Virus record (IMG/VR): IMGVR_UViG_3300042445_000578 | Location: 1-57,503 of that record | Length of the DNA: 57,503 bases | Reading direction: 5' to 3' (one strand) | Source: a virus | Lineage: Duplodnaviria > Caudoviricetes | Part shown: positions 37,438 to 45,656 of the stretch, piece by piece | Layout of the letters: each line of letters begins with the position of its first letter | Position numbering within the stretch: position 1 is the stretch's first letter | Notes under the pieces: model-generated | The model's database searches: none | Seen by the model: the letters and a program-made list of their open reading frames with translations, nothing else | What the model was told of the DNA's origin: nothing | Program-made: the position numbers and the translations under genes

Positions 37438-37712
37438 TGGCTAACTGGAAACATGAAATAGATGTTGCTGACTTGTATGCCAAGTATGAGTCTGCTGATA
37501 TTACCGATAGCGAAATGATTAACAGTCTGCACAAGGTGTTTACTGCCTTCATTGATGCTAACCCACAACTCAACGACATTGTTGACTTCTACCGATTCTC
37601 TGATGCCGTTGATGAGCTACTAATCGCTGATGACATTGAAGAAGCTGACTATGCCTTGCAGTCAATCTATGACTTCGCTGATGACAATCGTATTTGGATT
37701 AAAACCTTCTAA
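37437..37712 (+). CDS. Small acidic early protein
   Basis: 91 aa; IYDFADDNRIWI. Confidence 0.7.
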   Translation: MANWKHEIDVADLYAKYESADITDSEMINSLHKVFTAFIDANPQLNDIVDFYRFSDAVDELLIADDIEEADYALQSIYDFADDNRIWIKTF

Positions 37713-37722
37713 GGGGATGATG

Positions 37723-37887
37723 ATGAAACACTTTATTTACTTTTTAAACCTTGCTATTTTTGGTCTGTTTATGCTCTCTATCTATGTGGTATCAGAGAAT
37801 CCCGCACCTTTGTATATCTTTACTTTAATTGCATCAACTGTTGGTCTGTGCCTGATGTTTGCCTTGCACTGCGAAACTTCAGACTAA
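37723..37887 (+). CDS. Small 2-TM membrane protein
   Basis: AAGGGG RBS; two hydrophobic helices. Confidence 0.6.
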   Translation: MKHFIYFLNLAIFGLFMLSIYVVSENPAPLYIFTLIASTVGLCLMFALHCETSD

Positions 37888-37948
37888 CTGATGATGGGGT
37901 GAATCCCCGAAACTGGGTGCATAGCTACAAGTGCATCCAGTCTTAGTC
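37882..37948 (+). ncRNA. Type I hammerhead ribozyme 2
   Basis: GACTAA-CTGATGA-T-GGGG(TGAAT)CCCC-GAAA-CTGGGTGCAT(AGCTACAA)GTGCATCCAG-TC^TTAGTC; predicted cleavage after C37942 (GUC). Confidence 0.88.
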
Positions 37949-37959
37949 AACTGCTAGGA
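37946..37959 (+). promoter_or_regulatory. GTCAACTGCTAGGA leader/RBS element (putative sRNA target)
   Basis: 14-nt perfect complement of the candidate sRNA; includes the AGGA(G) RBS of the ORF at 37967. Confidence 0.7.
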
Positions 37960-37966
37960 GATACAA

Positions 37967-38155
37967 ATGATTCAGTGGTATATCAATTCAAAGCCTGTGC
38001 CTAAAGCTATTGCTAGGGTTCACTTGGAAAACGCCATGCCTTATCGGACTGCAAGAGAGATTGCATCCGCTATGACTGGTGCATTGAAAAAGGATGAATT
38101 CTTTGTCAAGGTATGTGCTGACTATGGCGTGCATTACGCTAACTTAACTCATTAA
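37967..38155 (+). CDS. Early hypothetical protein
   Basis: AGGAG RBS; 62 aa. Confidence 0.65.
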   Translation: MIQWYINSKPVPKAIARVHLENAMPYRTAREIASAMTGALKKDEFFVKVCADYGVHYANLTH

Positions 38156-38165
38156 GGGGAAACTA

Positions 38166-38345
38166 ATGAAATTTATGATTGAAATCCGCACCGATAACTC
38201 AGCGTATGAGCAGTCTTTTTATGATGAGATTATTGCCAACTTGCAACTGGTTATCAGGATGGTTGATTCTCAGTTTAAGGTAGGTGTCATTCACGATACC
38301 AATGGCAACAAGGTAGGCAAATTTTTTACAGTGGAAGGGGATTAA
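38166..38345 (+). CDS. Early hypothetical protein
   Basis: AAGGGG RBS; MKFMIEIRTDNSAY...DTNGNKVG (59 aa, not in ORF track). Confidence 0.65.
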   Translation: MKFMIEIRTDNSAYEQSFYDEIIANLQLVIRMVDSQFKVGVIHDTNGNKVGKFFTVEGD

Positions 38346-38346
38346 C

Positions 38347-38916
38347 ATGGGATGGACTGGTTCACAAAAGTTTGACTCACTGCCAACAAAGGACTGGTTA
38401 GTAAAGGAATTCACTAACGAGTCTGATACTCACAAGTGGGAATTAACGGATGTATCCATGCGTGGCAACACTGCGTATGGCATCCACAAGGTGCAAGACA
38501 AAGCTACTGGGATTATCTTGGCTGAAGCCATCATTATCCTGACTCGCAAAGAGGATGGTTGGCTTTACTTCAAGGAAATGGGGGAAACTGTGCATCCCTA
38601 CTACTATGATGCACCGAAGAAGCTACTGGATAAACTGGATGCTCTCTTTCCACCATTTAATGACAATGCCAAGGCATGGCGTGATGCCTGTCGTGCAAAA
38701 GCCACCAAGAAGAAATCTGCCAAGCTAGTTATTGGGGATGTGGTCAAGTTTGCCAAGCCAATGAGCTTTGGGCAATTCTCTGAGGATACCTTTACCTTTG
38801 AAAGCTACTTTGGTAAGGATTCTTTCAGAGCCACCAATGGTGTGCTATGTCGCATTACCAAGTGGAAGCAGAGGGATTTTGAGGTTTTATCAACAAAAGG
38901 GGAAAGCAATGAATGA
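38347..38916 (+). CDS. Early protein (DUF6927-like)
   Basis: MGW.., KEMGETVHPYYYDAP..LL, AKAWR..C. Confidence 0.6.
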   Translation: MGWTGSQKFDSLPTKDWLVKEFTNESDTHKWELTDVSMRGNTAYGIHKVQDKATGIILAEAIIILTRKEDGWLYFKEMGETVHPYYYDAPKKLLDKLDALFPPFNDNAKAWRDACRAKATKKKSAKLVIGDVVKFAKPMSFGQFSEDTFTFESYFGKDSFRATNGVLCRITKWKQRDFEVLSTKGESNE

Positions 38917-39175
38917 ATTATCAAAGATGAATGAATTGGAGATTGAGGATCACTGGACTAATGAAGCCAGTAGTCTATTACTAGGCAAAAAGATAACTAG
39001 GGTTCGCTATGTAAGCCATAGAGAAGCAGAAGACATGGATTGGACTTCAAGACCTGTTGCATTTATGTTGGAAACTGGTATTTGGTTTTTCGCATCCATG
39101 GATGATGAAGGCAATGATGGTGGTGCGTTGTTTACTTCGCATCCTGAGAAATCAGTCCTTCCAGTGTTGAGGTAA
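38909..39175 (+). CDS. Early hypothetical protein
   Basis: AAGGGG RBS; SMDDEGNDGGALF. Confidence 0.65.
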   Translation: MNELSKMNELEIEDHWTNEASSLLLGKKITRVRYVSHREAEDMDWTSRPVAFMLETGIWFFASMDDEGNDGGALFTSHPEKSVLPVLR

Positions 39176-39177
39176 TT

Positions 39178-39387
39178 ATGAAAACAACGATTAAGGGGTT
39201 TGATTTGTCTGTCGTGGAATTGGATAACGACTCTGTTGCAATCAATTTTGATAAGGATGGTGCAACTGGTGGTTATATCAATATCAAGATGGATGATGAT
39301 GGTGTGGTGGTAGATGTGTTTAATGCCTGTGGGGACTGTATTAGCTCTACATGGTCTTTTTATAACGAACTTATGCAAGGGGAATAA
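39178..39387 (+). CDS. Small acidic early protein
   Basis: GAGG RBS; DDDGVVVDVF. Confidence 0.6.
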   Translation: MKTTIKGFDLSVVELDNDSVAINFDKDGATGGYINIKMDDDGVVVDVFNACGDCISSTWSFYNELMQGE

Positions 39388-39388
39388 C

Positions 39389-39724
39389 ATGGAATTGAAT
39401 CAATTTACTGGGACTGAAAACTATCATAGGTCATGTATGTTTGTGCCTAAGATGGTGCATACGGATGGCGTTGACTACTTCTGCTCTGAAGCCAGTGCCT
39501 ACTGGTTTTTGGATATTGTGGCAACTGAAGTATTTCCATTGCAAGAGGTGGATTACTTCTTGTCAATCAAGATGGTGGTGGCTGATGGCAAAGCCACAAT
39601 CACTGTGGAAGATGGGGACTGCAAGGTTTTAAAGACTAAGAACATTGAATTCACTGACTGCCCTGAAGGGGAGTATGAATTCTTTTTGACTGACAATGTT
39701 TTGATGCTAACTAGCGAATACTAA
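39389..39724 (+). CDS. Early protein (DUF6876-like)
   Basis: QFTGTENY, TDGV, AYWFLD, IEFTD.P, LML.SEY. Confidence 0.6.
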   Translation: MELNQFTGTENYHRSCMFVPKMVHTDGVDYFCSEASAYWFLDIVATEVFPLQEVDYFLSIKMVVADGKATITVEDGDCKVLKTKNIEFTDCPEGEYEFFLTDNVLMLTSEY

Positions 39725-39734
39725 GGGGGACACC

Positions 39735-40181
39735 ATGGGATTAGATATGTATTTAACTGCCAAGCGTTATGTTTGGAATTACAAAGATGAGGACAAAGCC
39801 TTGCAAGACCAACTGGATGATGTGATGAAAGATGATTTATCTGATGGCATGAGAGTCAAAGAAGTAGCGGTAGATGCTTTCTATTGGCGTAAAGCTAACC
39901 ATATTCACAAGTGGTTTGTGGATAACTGCCAAGGGGGTGAGGATGATTGCCAAGAATACTGGGTTGAAGCTAAACAACTGGTGCGACTCAAAGACCTGTG
40001 CGAGTCTGTCTTACTGCAAAAGGATGTGGGCTTATTGCCTACTGCGGATGGCTTCTTCTTTGGATCAACTGACTATGACGATTGGTATTGGTCTGAGATT
40101 GAAGAAACTGTTAAGGGACTTGAGAAAGTATTGAAACTGGATACTGCCAAGTGGGACTTCTACTATCGTGCTTCATGGTGA
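39735..40181 (+). CDS. Conserved phage early protein (MGLDMYL family)
   Basis: MGLDMYL, YWRKANHIHKWF, GFFFGS, FYYRASW. Confidence 0.65.
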   Translation: MGLDMYLTAKRYVWNYKDEDKALQDQLDDVMKDDLSDGMRVKEVAVDAFYWRKANHIHKWFVDNCQGGEDDCQEYWVEAKQLVRLKDLCESVLLQKDVGLLPTADGFFFGSTDYDDWYWSEIEETVKGLEKVLKLDTAKWDFYYRASW

Positions 40182-40186
40182 ATAAC

Positions 40187-40444
40187 ATGGGCAAATACAC
40201 TGTATATGCCTATGATGCCGAGATTGAACTGGGTGGGGAAACCTACTCAGTTTTACTGGGCATTGAGGAAGAAGGACACCCAAGCAATGCCTATGAGGAC
40301 TCATGGTGCGATAACAAGATTTACTACTACATGACTGATGCTGAACTAGCTGAACTCAAGAGTGGTGATGAGCTTGATGAGGGGACTATCTTGTTATCCA
40401 TTGATAAAGACAATCCGACTATCTATGAGGTGGAATATGAGTAA
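40187..40444 (+). CDS. Small acidic early protein
   Basis: Very D/E-rich ORF in operon. Confidence 0.6.
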   Translation: MGKYTVYAYDAEIELGGETYSVLLGIEEEGHPSNAYEDSWCDNKIYYYMTDAELAELKSGDELDEGTILLSIDKDNPTIYEVEYE

Positions 40445-40619
40445 TTTTTACATTGCGTATGCAACATCCAAGGTTTATCACCAAATAAAGGTGGTGGCTG
40501 AATCAGAAGAAGATGCAAAGCGTTTGATTGCTGAAGGCAATTACTATGCTTGGGATGAACTGGATAATGAAGATTTTCAAATACAAGAAGTAATTTTTGA
40601 TGGAGTGCATGATGCCTAA
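40437..40619 (+). CDS. Small acidic protein, DpnD/PcfM-like motif family
   Basis: VVAESEEDAKRL. Confidence 0.55.
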   Translation: MSNFYIAYATSKVYHQIKVVAESEEDAKRLIAEGNYYAWDELDNEDFQIQEVIFDGVHDA

Positions 40620-40797
40620 ATATAGCGTGTTAATGACCACTGCTGACTATGTGGAAGTGGAAGCAACTGATCCAAGGGATGCTGAAATGGTGGCTTGGGG
40701 TATGTATAAGGAAGGCGATATACGACCTGAACACCCTGAGTTTGTTTGTGAAGAAGCCGATTTAATTGAAGGGGATGATGATGGCAATGACCTATAA
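40609..40797 (+). CDS. Small acidic protein, DpnD/PcfM-like motif family
   Basis: MPKYSV..VEVEATDPRDAEMVA. Confidence 0.55.
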   Translation: MMPKYSVLMTTADYVEVEATDPRDAEMVAWGMYKEGDIRPEHPEFVCEEADLIEGDDDGNDL

Positions 40798-41071
40798 ATC
40801 AAATAGAAGTGAAAACCAATGGGACATATGGCATAGCAATGTCAATGGGGATGAAATACTGCATACATTCGCAACTGAAGAAGAAGCAGATTACTACTTG
40901 AAAACTGGTAAAAAACTCATAAGCAAAGCCATGGTGGAAGGATGGCTAGGGTCTGACAACATGAGTGTTGATGATTTTCTTGACCTATTAACTGAAATCA
41001 TCAATGAGGATTATCCATTGGATATCTTCAGAGCTGATGTTTTGGAATTTATGGAGATGGAAAATGCCTAG
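40781..41071 (+). CDS. Small acidic early protein
   Basis: AAGGGG RBS; FATEEEA. Confidence 0.6.
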   Translation: MAMTYKSNRSENQWDIWHSNVNGDEILHTFATEEEADYYLKTGKKLISKAMVEGWLGSDNMSVDDFLDLLTEIINEDYPLDIFRADVLEFMEMENA

Positions 41072-41237
41072 TTTTACTGCGAGTTTTTCAAGTGAAATAA
41101 GAGTATTGATTGATGCTGACACCATAGAACAAGCAGAAGAAATTGCTAGGGAAATGGAATTGAATCATTCAGATTTACAGAAAAACGGAGAACACTGGGG
41201 AACAGTGTTTTACGACATTAACGAATTTGAGGAGTGA
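41064..41237 (+). CDS. Small acidic protein, DpnD/PcfM-like motif family
   Basis: IDADTIEQAEEIA. Confidence 0.55.
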   Translation: MPSFTASFSSEIRVLIDADTIEQAEEIAREMELNHSDLQKNGEHWGTVFYDINEFEE

Positions 41238-41386
41238 TGATGCCGAAGTTTGAGATTACCTACAAGGAAGTAATTGAAGCTGAAAGCGAAGAGCAAGCGA
41301 TTGAGTGGTTATTTGTATATCTAGCTGATTGCTTGAGGGATGATGATGTATCTGTATTTAACTTTTTTGAACTTAAAGGGGAATGA
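41237..41386 (+). CDS. Small acidic protein, DpnD/PcfM-like motif family
   Basis: MPKFEITYKEVIEAESEEQAIEW (not in ORF track); GGAG RBS. Confidence 0.55.
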   Translation: MMPKFEITYKEVIEAESEEQAIEWLFVYLADCLRDDDVSVFNFFELKGE

Positions 41387-41388
41387 CT

Positions 41389-41943
41389 ATGCCTAACTGG
41401 TGCGATAACAACTTGTATTTAGAACACAATGATCCTGAGATGATTAAGAAGGCGAAAGAAGCATGGGAGTCTGGGAAGTTTTTAGCGACTTTTGTGCCTG
41501 AGCCTGATTACACAAAGGTAAAAGTAAAGCCTACTTTTGATAACAGTCATATTACTGGTAAGCCAGTGGCTGACTTTGTTAATCCTGACCAAGCATGGTG
41601 GGATTGGCGAGTGCAGAACTGGGGGACTAAATGGGACATTGGATATGATGCTGACCGAAGCAATCATGCTCAAGGATGCGATAAAACCATGTTTGTTTAC
41701 TTTGACTCTGCTTGGAGTCCACCAACTGATGCCTATGCCAAATTAGCTGAACTAGGGTTTTTGGTGAAAGCATTTTATTACGAAGGTGGATGTGCCTTCT
41801 GCGGTTCATGGATAGATGGTGTTGAGGACTTCCACAACATTGAAGAACAGACTCAGGCATGGGTAAAAGAGAATATTCCTAAATACATTGATGATGAGAT
41901 GGATATATCCATGCAATATGAATTAGATGAGGAGTGGGAATAA
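41389..41943 (+). CDS. DUF1281/YubB-like ferredoxin-fold protein
   Basis: MPNWC.N.L, WWDWRVQNWGTKWD, FDSAWSPP, YYEGG..F.G. Confidence 0.7.
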   Translation: MPNWCDNNLYLEHNDPEMIKKAKEAWESGKFLATFVPEPDYTKVKVKPTFDNSHITGKPVADFVNPDQAWWDWRVQNWGTKWDIGYDADRSNHAQGCDKTMFVYFDSAWSPPTDAYAKLAELGFLVKAFYYEGGCAFCGSWIDGVEDFHNIEEQTQAWVKENIPKYIDDEMDISMQYELDEEWE

Positions 41944-42233
41944 TGGGTGCGGTGGTATTTATGAATGTGGGACTGGGAAGCAGTGCCAAGAAAGCCTTTG
42001 ATAGTCTAGTTTACGAAGCTAGGTATCAGCATGGGCATGGTGGATACACTGGGACTATTGCAGAAAAGAACTCTTTTGTAATGATCCTATTAGCTGAAGG
42101 ACTGGATGCCTTCCAGTATGCCGAACAACTGATTGATGATGATGACAAAAGGGTATGCGATAAATGGGGGGATGCTGGGTGCATCCATATTAAAGATGAT
42201 GAATACTTATTCTTTGGATGGGCTTCAGAATGA
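41943..42233 (+). CDS. Early hypothetical protein
   Basis: GHGGYTGTIAEK, DKWG.AGC, FFGWASE. Confidence 0.6.
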   Translation: MGAVVFMNVGLGSSAKKAFDSLVYEARYQHGHGGYTGTIAEKNSFVMILLAEGLDAFQYAEQLIDDDDKRVCDKWGDAGCIHIKDDEYLFFGWASE

Positions 42234-42448
42234 CTAGAGATGAAATGATTAAAGAATTGATTGATGATGATATCAATGGGTGGTATGACAGAGATGATAA
42301 GGATGCCTTCTTCTCATACATCATGCTTAATGGGTGGACTGGATACAAGACTCAATCAGATGAAGAGCTAACGGAAGAGTGCTTCAATAGGGGAATCCTA
42401 GATGATACGCATCCATCCTTTGATCCAGTGCTAAAGAATGAGGTGTGA
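42230..42448 (+). CDS. Small acidic early protein
   Basis: GW.GY...SDEEL..E. Confidence 0.55.
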   Translation: MTRDEMIKELIDDDINGWYDRDDKDAFFSYIMLNGWTGYKTQSDEELTEECFNRGILDDTHPSFDPVLKNEV

Positions 42449-42774
42449 TGATGAGTAAATGCTCTTTTTGCGACCATGATGACGGATACCTGTGCTTTTA
42501 CTGTGAGGATTACTTGAAGGATACAGTGAAGGATGTTATCCACAAATTCAAGAATGAAATCTTGGATACTGGGGACTGGTGGTATGCAGTTAATACTGCC
42601 CACGATACCTATGATGTCAATGTGCATTGCTTGGATGATGAAAACTGGGAAAAGCCTGATGCCATATTCAGCATCAATCTGTATAGGCTTGACCTAGGCG
42701 ATACAAGTAGCTATCACTCTAGGGTGCAGTATGACCTTGATCCAATGACTAGAAAGGAAATTAGACTGCTATGA
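42448..42774 (+). CDS. Early protein with N-terminal Cys pairs
   Basis: CSFC...CFYC; GAGG RBS. Confidence 0.55.
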   Translation: MMSKCSFCDHDDGYLCFYCEDYLKDTVKDVIHKFKNEILDTGDWWYAVNTAHDTYDVNVHCLDDENWEKPDAIFSINLYRLDLGDTSSYHSRVQYDLDPMTRKEIRLL

Positions 42775-42944
42775 GAAGATACGAAGTTAAGATTTGCACC
42801 AGTGCGACTACTGTTGTGGTGGTGGATGCCAGTGATGCGGATGAAGCCTGTGAAATGGCGATTGACCTAATCAATGAAGATGATATTACCTTTGATGGCG
42901 ATTGGGATATTGTGGATGTTTGTGAAGTAGATCCAAGGGACTGA
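42771..42944 (+). CDS. Small acidic protein, DpnD/PcfM-like motif family
   Basis: MRRYEV..VVVDASDADEACEMA (not in ORF track). Confidence 0.55.
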   Translation: MRRYEVKICTSATTVVVVDASDADEACEMAIDLINEDDITFDGDWDIVDVCEVDPRD

Positions 42945-42945
42945 C

Positions 42946-43227
42946 ATGAATTTAAGACTAGCAAAAGGCAAAGTGCCGATTGATACTGGGGATGGGTATG
43001 TGTTTATACCCTTCCCTGATGAAGAGGAGTTTTGCCAACTGTATAACAACTATACCCCTATGGATAGACGGAAGCGATACTGGAAGGTGTTGTCTGAAAG
43101 AATCCAAGGTAAAACACTGAAGGACAGTGGATTACCTCATGGGATTAGTAAACAAAGGGTTAGGGAGATTGAAGCTAAGTTTATGAGATTGATCACAACG
43201 GCTTACTTTTGTAAACCAAAGGTTTGA
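42946..43227 (+). CDS. Sigma-70 region-4-like HTH protein
   Basis: R..GKTLKD.G..HGISKQRVREIEAK. Confidence 0.6.
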   Translation: MNLRLAKGKVPIDTGDGYVFIPFPDEEEFCQLYNNYTPMDRRKRYWKVLSERIQGKTLKDSGLPHGISKQRVREIEAKFMRLITTAYFCKPKV

Positions 43228-44023
43228 TTGATTGACTAGCTTTAAAAGTGCCGACTCTGAGATGGTAGTCGTTGAAATCTTCTCCAACTGTATCGGAAAT
43301 CCAATAAGGCTTGCCTGTTTTTTGGGCGGTGGATTCTCCAGTATGGTTGGAGTCGTTATCAGCAATGACGAACCCACTGGGGATGTGCCTACATATTTCT
43401 TGCATATTGCTTGCGGAAAAGCATATGTAGATGCAACACTCCAGTTTATTGGCTTGCATTACAGTCCTAATGGACAATCCAGTAGCAAAACCTTCGCAGA
43501 ATATAGGGATGCCTTTTGCACCGATCCTGAAGGATGCACCTTTAGTCTGTTGACCATACAAGAACTTCTTCTCCCCTTGCTCATTGATGAGCTGACACCC
43601 CACTACTTCCCTGTTAAATCGCATAGGTATTACCATTAACTTATCGCCTTTATCTGTGTTCCAGATCAACGATTCTTCGTCTGGGAAGCCTTTTTTTGCG
43701 AGATATTCATGCGTTTGGTGCTGACATTGAGAAATTATCCAAGTGGCTCTGGATTGAGCGTCTTTTGCCAGTTTCTGTCTTTCTGAGTCAAAACTGAGTT
43801 TTTTTCGCTGCAACTCTGGATTAAGCGCATTTCTGTCATCTGTCTTCCACATGGCTGGTTTGTCCATGGTAGCCCAATTCTGCACCCATCCAACATCTCC
43901 CATGAACTTATAACGACCATTGCGTTTGTGCGGATGGTCTTCTGTGGGGGTTGCCATCCATCTGAAAGGCGTTACATCTCCAAGAATCAAGCCATGGAGT
44001 CTTGCGAAATCTTCAAATCTCAT
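43193..44023 (-). CDS. DNA primase (TOPRIM domain)
   Basis: YLAKKG, GCQLI...GEKKFL.G, CEGFATG, IADND..G, DFND. Confidence 0.8.
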   Translation of the reverse strand: MRFEDFARLHGLILGDVTPFRWMATPTEDHPHKRNGRYKFMGDVGWVQNWATMDKPAMWKTDDRNALNPELQRKKLSFDSERQKLAKDAQSRATWIISQCQHQTHEYLAKKGFPDEESLIWNTDKGDKLMVIPMRFNREVVGCQLINEQGEKKFLYGQQTKGASFRIGAKGIPIFCEGFATGLSIRTVMQANKLECCIYICFSASNMQEICRHIPSGFVIADNDSNHTGESTAQKTGKPYWISDTVGEDFNDYHLRVGTFKASQSIKPLVYKSKPL

Positions 44024-45495
44024 TTGTTCTTACCTTTTGACCACCTGATGTTGCGTGATTTAATCCACTTTAAAGTAGCCATGGTTGGTGGAGTCGGTGC
44101 TTCAATCAGTCCCCTAGGCCATACGCCAAACTTCTCACGGTACTTGTGACTAGCCCAGTGTGGATTGTAGGCTTTCTCATTGGCTATAAAGATCAACTGG
44201 GAATAGAAGTCTTGCTTATCATCTTTCCTGACCTTGACTCCTGCCACCAACTCCTCTAAACGACCTGATACTGCATGAACTTCATTGCGTTTTTGACGGA
44301 TGTGACCGCAATTAGGACAAGTATCTGTTCCTTTGGGCCATAGGTGTTCGCATACTGGACACTTAGATTCCTTCTTTTTCTTCTCGGTTGGCTCTCTTTT
44401 GGCTTTCTCTCCCTCATTACTGAGTGTTTTTACGCCGTTTTCGTACAATTCATCCCAATCATCTTGGAATCTGAGGTAGTTTCCACTGTGATCTAGCCAT
44501 AAAGCGAACTCTTTGTCTGGATGTTGGCGCATAACTCGCCCCATTTGTTGCACATGGGATGAAAGAGATTTGCTAAACGGTCTTGCGGATATGCCAATCA
44601 TGACATCTGATACGTCAAAACCCCTTGTAAGAATGTCGGTGGCTATCAGTCCATGGATTTGTGTATCAGGCTTGGCAAAGTCTTCAATGGCTTCTTTCTT
44701 GAACTCATCATTGTCTTTGTAGCTGATGGATACAAAGTTATATCCCTTGATGGCAAACTGCTCCACAAGATCTGCTCCATGTGCCACGCCAGCACAAAAG
44801 ACAATGGTTTTTCTTGGTCTGCCAAATATCTGGTGGGTTTTATCAATCCATTCGGATACTATGTCCCCTGTTAGCTTCATTCCTCGCTCTGTGACCACAT
44901 CCCCTGACCATTCGCCAGCAATCTTCTTAGCCCCAGTCATGTCAATCTCTTTGGCAATGAAGACCTTTAATGGAGCAAGCCACTTTTTGCCTACCAAGTC
45001 TTCTGTGGTTGAACCGCATACAACATTCGTATACAAGTCCCCCAGTCCCTTAGTAAAGGGTGTGGCAGTTAAACCAATAACTCGGATGTTAGGGTTATCT
45101 TTGATGAACTCGGATGTTTGCTTTCTAGCAATATGACACTCATCCACAATCAGTAAGTCCATATCTGGAAAGTCATCTCTTCGTTCCAAGGTCTGAGCAG
45201 AACATACCTGTAGGCGTTCACGCTTGTCATATCGCCAGTGATTAGCCTGGAATACACCATGCTTTAGCCTGTATTTGTCCAGGCGTAGACTGGTTTGATC
45301 CACCAAAACAATGCGATCTAAGACCATGGCTGCGCGCTTGAACTTCTCGCCTGTAGCCTTCATCAAGGCAATGGCAACTTCTGTCTTGCCAAAGCCTGTT
45401 GGGGCATACAACAACTGTGATCTATGACCCTGACGGAAGCCTTCCCTGAGGGATTCTATGACATCTTGTTGATGTTCTCTTAGCTCTAGTTCCAT
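44020..45495 (-). CDS. Superfamily 2 DNA helicase with C-terminal Zn ribbon
   Basis: APTGFGKT, DECH, GLTATP, TRGFD, QQMGRVMR, CPVC..CPNC. Confidence 0.9.
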   Translation of the reverse strand: MELELREHQQDVIESLREGFRQGHRSQLLYAPTGFGKTEVAIALMKATGEKFKRAAMVLDRIVLVDQTSLRLDKYRLKHGVFQANHWRYDKRERLQVCSAQTLERRDDFPDMDLLIVDECHIARKQTSEFIKDNPNIRVIGLTATPFTKGLGDLYTNVVCGSTTEDLVGKKWLAPLKVFIAKEIDMTGAKKIAGEWSGDVVTERGMKLTGDIVSEWIDKTHQIFGRPRKTIVFCAGVAHGADLVEQFAIKGYNFVSISYKDNDEFKKEAIEDFAKPDTQIHGLIATDILTRGFDVSDVMIGISARPFSKSLSSHVQQMGRVMRQHPDKEFALWLDHSGNYLRFQDDWDELYENGVKTLSNEGEKAKREPTEKKKKESKCPVCEHLWPKGTDTCPNCGHIRQKRNEVHAVSGRLEELVAGVKVRKDDKQDFYSQLIFIANEKAYNPHWASHKYREKFGVWPRGLIEAPTPPTMATLKWIKSRNIRWSKGKNK

Positions 45496-45656
45496 TATTT
45501 TGTATATAAATCTGCAACTGAGTCTCTCATCTGTTTAGCCAAGAAGACAATGTTATCGGATTCAATGTCTACTGTGAGCCAGTCCTTTTTGTTGATTGCA
45601 TCATGAACCTCTCTGATGCTCATGTTTAGCTTAAGAATTGCTTCTGAATAGTCCAT
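45495..45656 (-). CDS. Hypothetical protein
   Basis: 53 aa MDYSEAILKL.., overlapping both neighbours. Confidence 0.5.
   Translation of the reverse strand: MDYSEAILKLNMSIREVHDAINKKDWLTVDIESDNIVFLAKQMRDSVADLYTK

Noticed and set aside
37627-37700. Two more CTGATGA heptamers in ORF 37437-37712
   Set aside because: No stem II, GAAA or stem III follows; they are Ala-Asp-Asp codons
39210-39224. 14/15 match (TGTCGTGGAATTGGA) to the sRNA locus 47959-47973
   Set aside because: About 0.5 such matches are expected by chance for a ~110-nt query against this window, and it lies inside a CDS; kept only as a weak secondary target candidate
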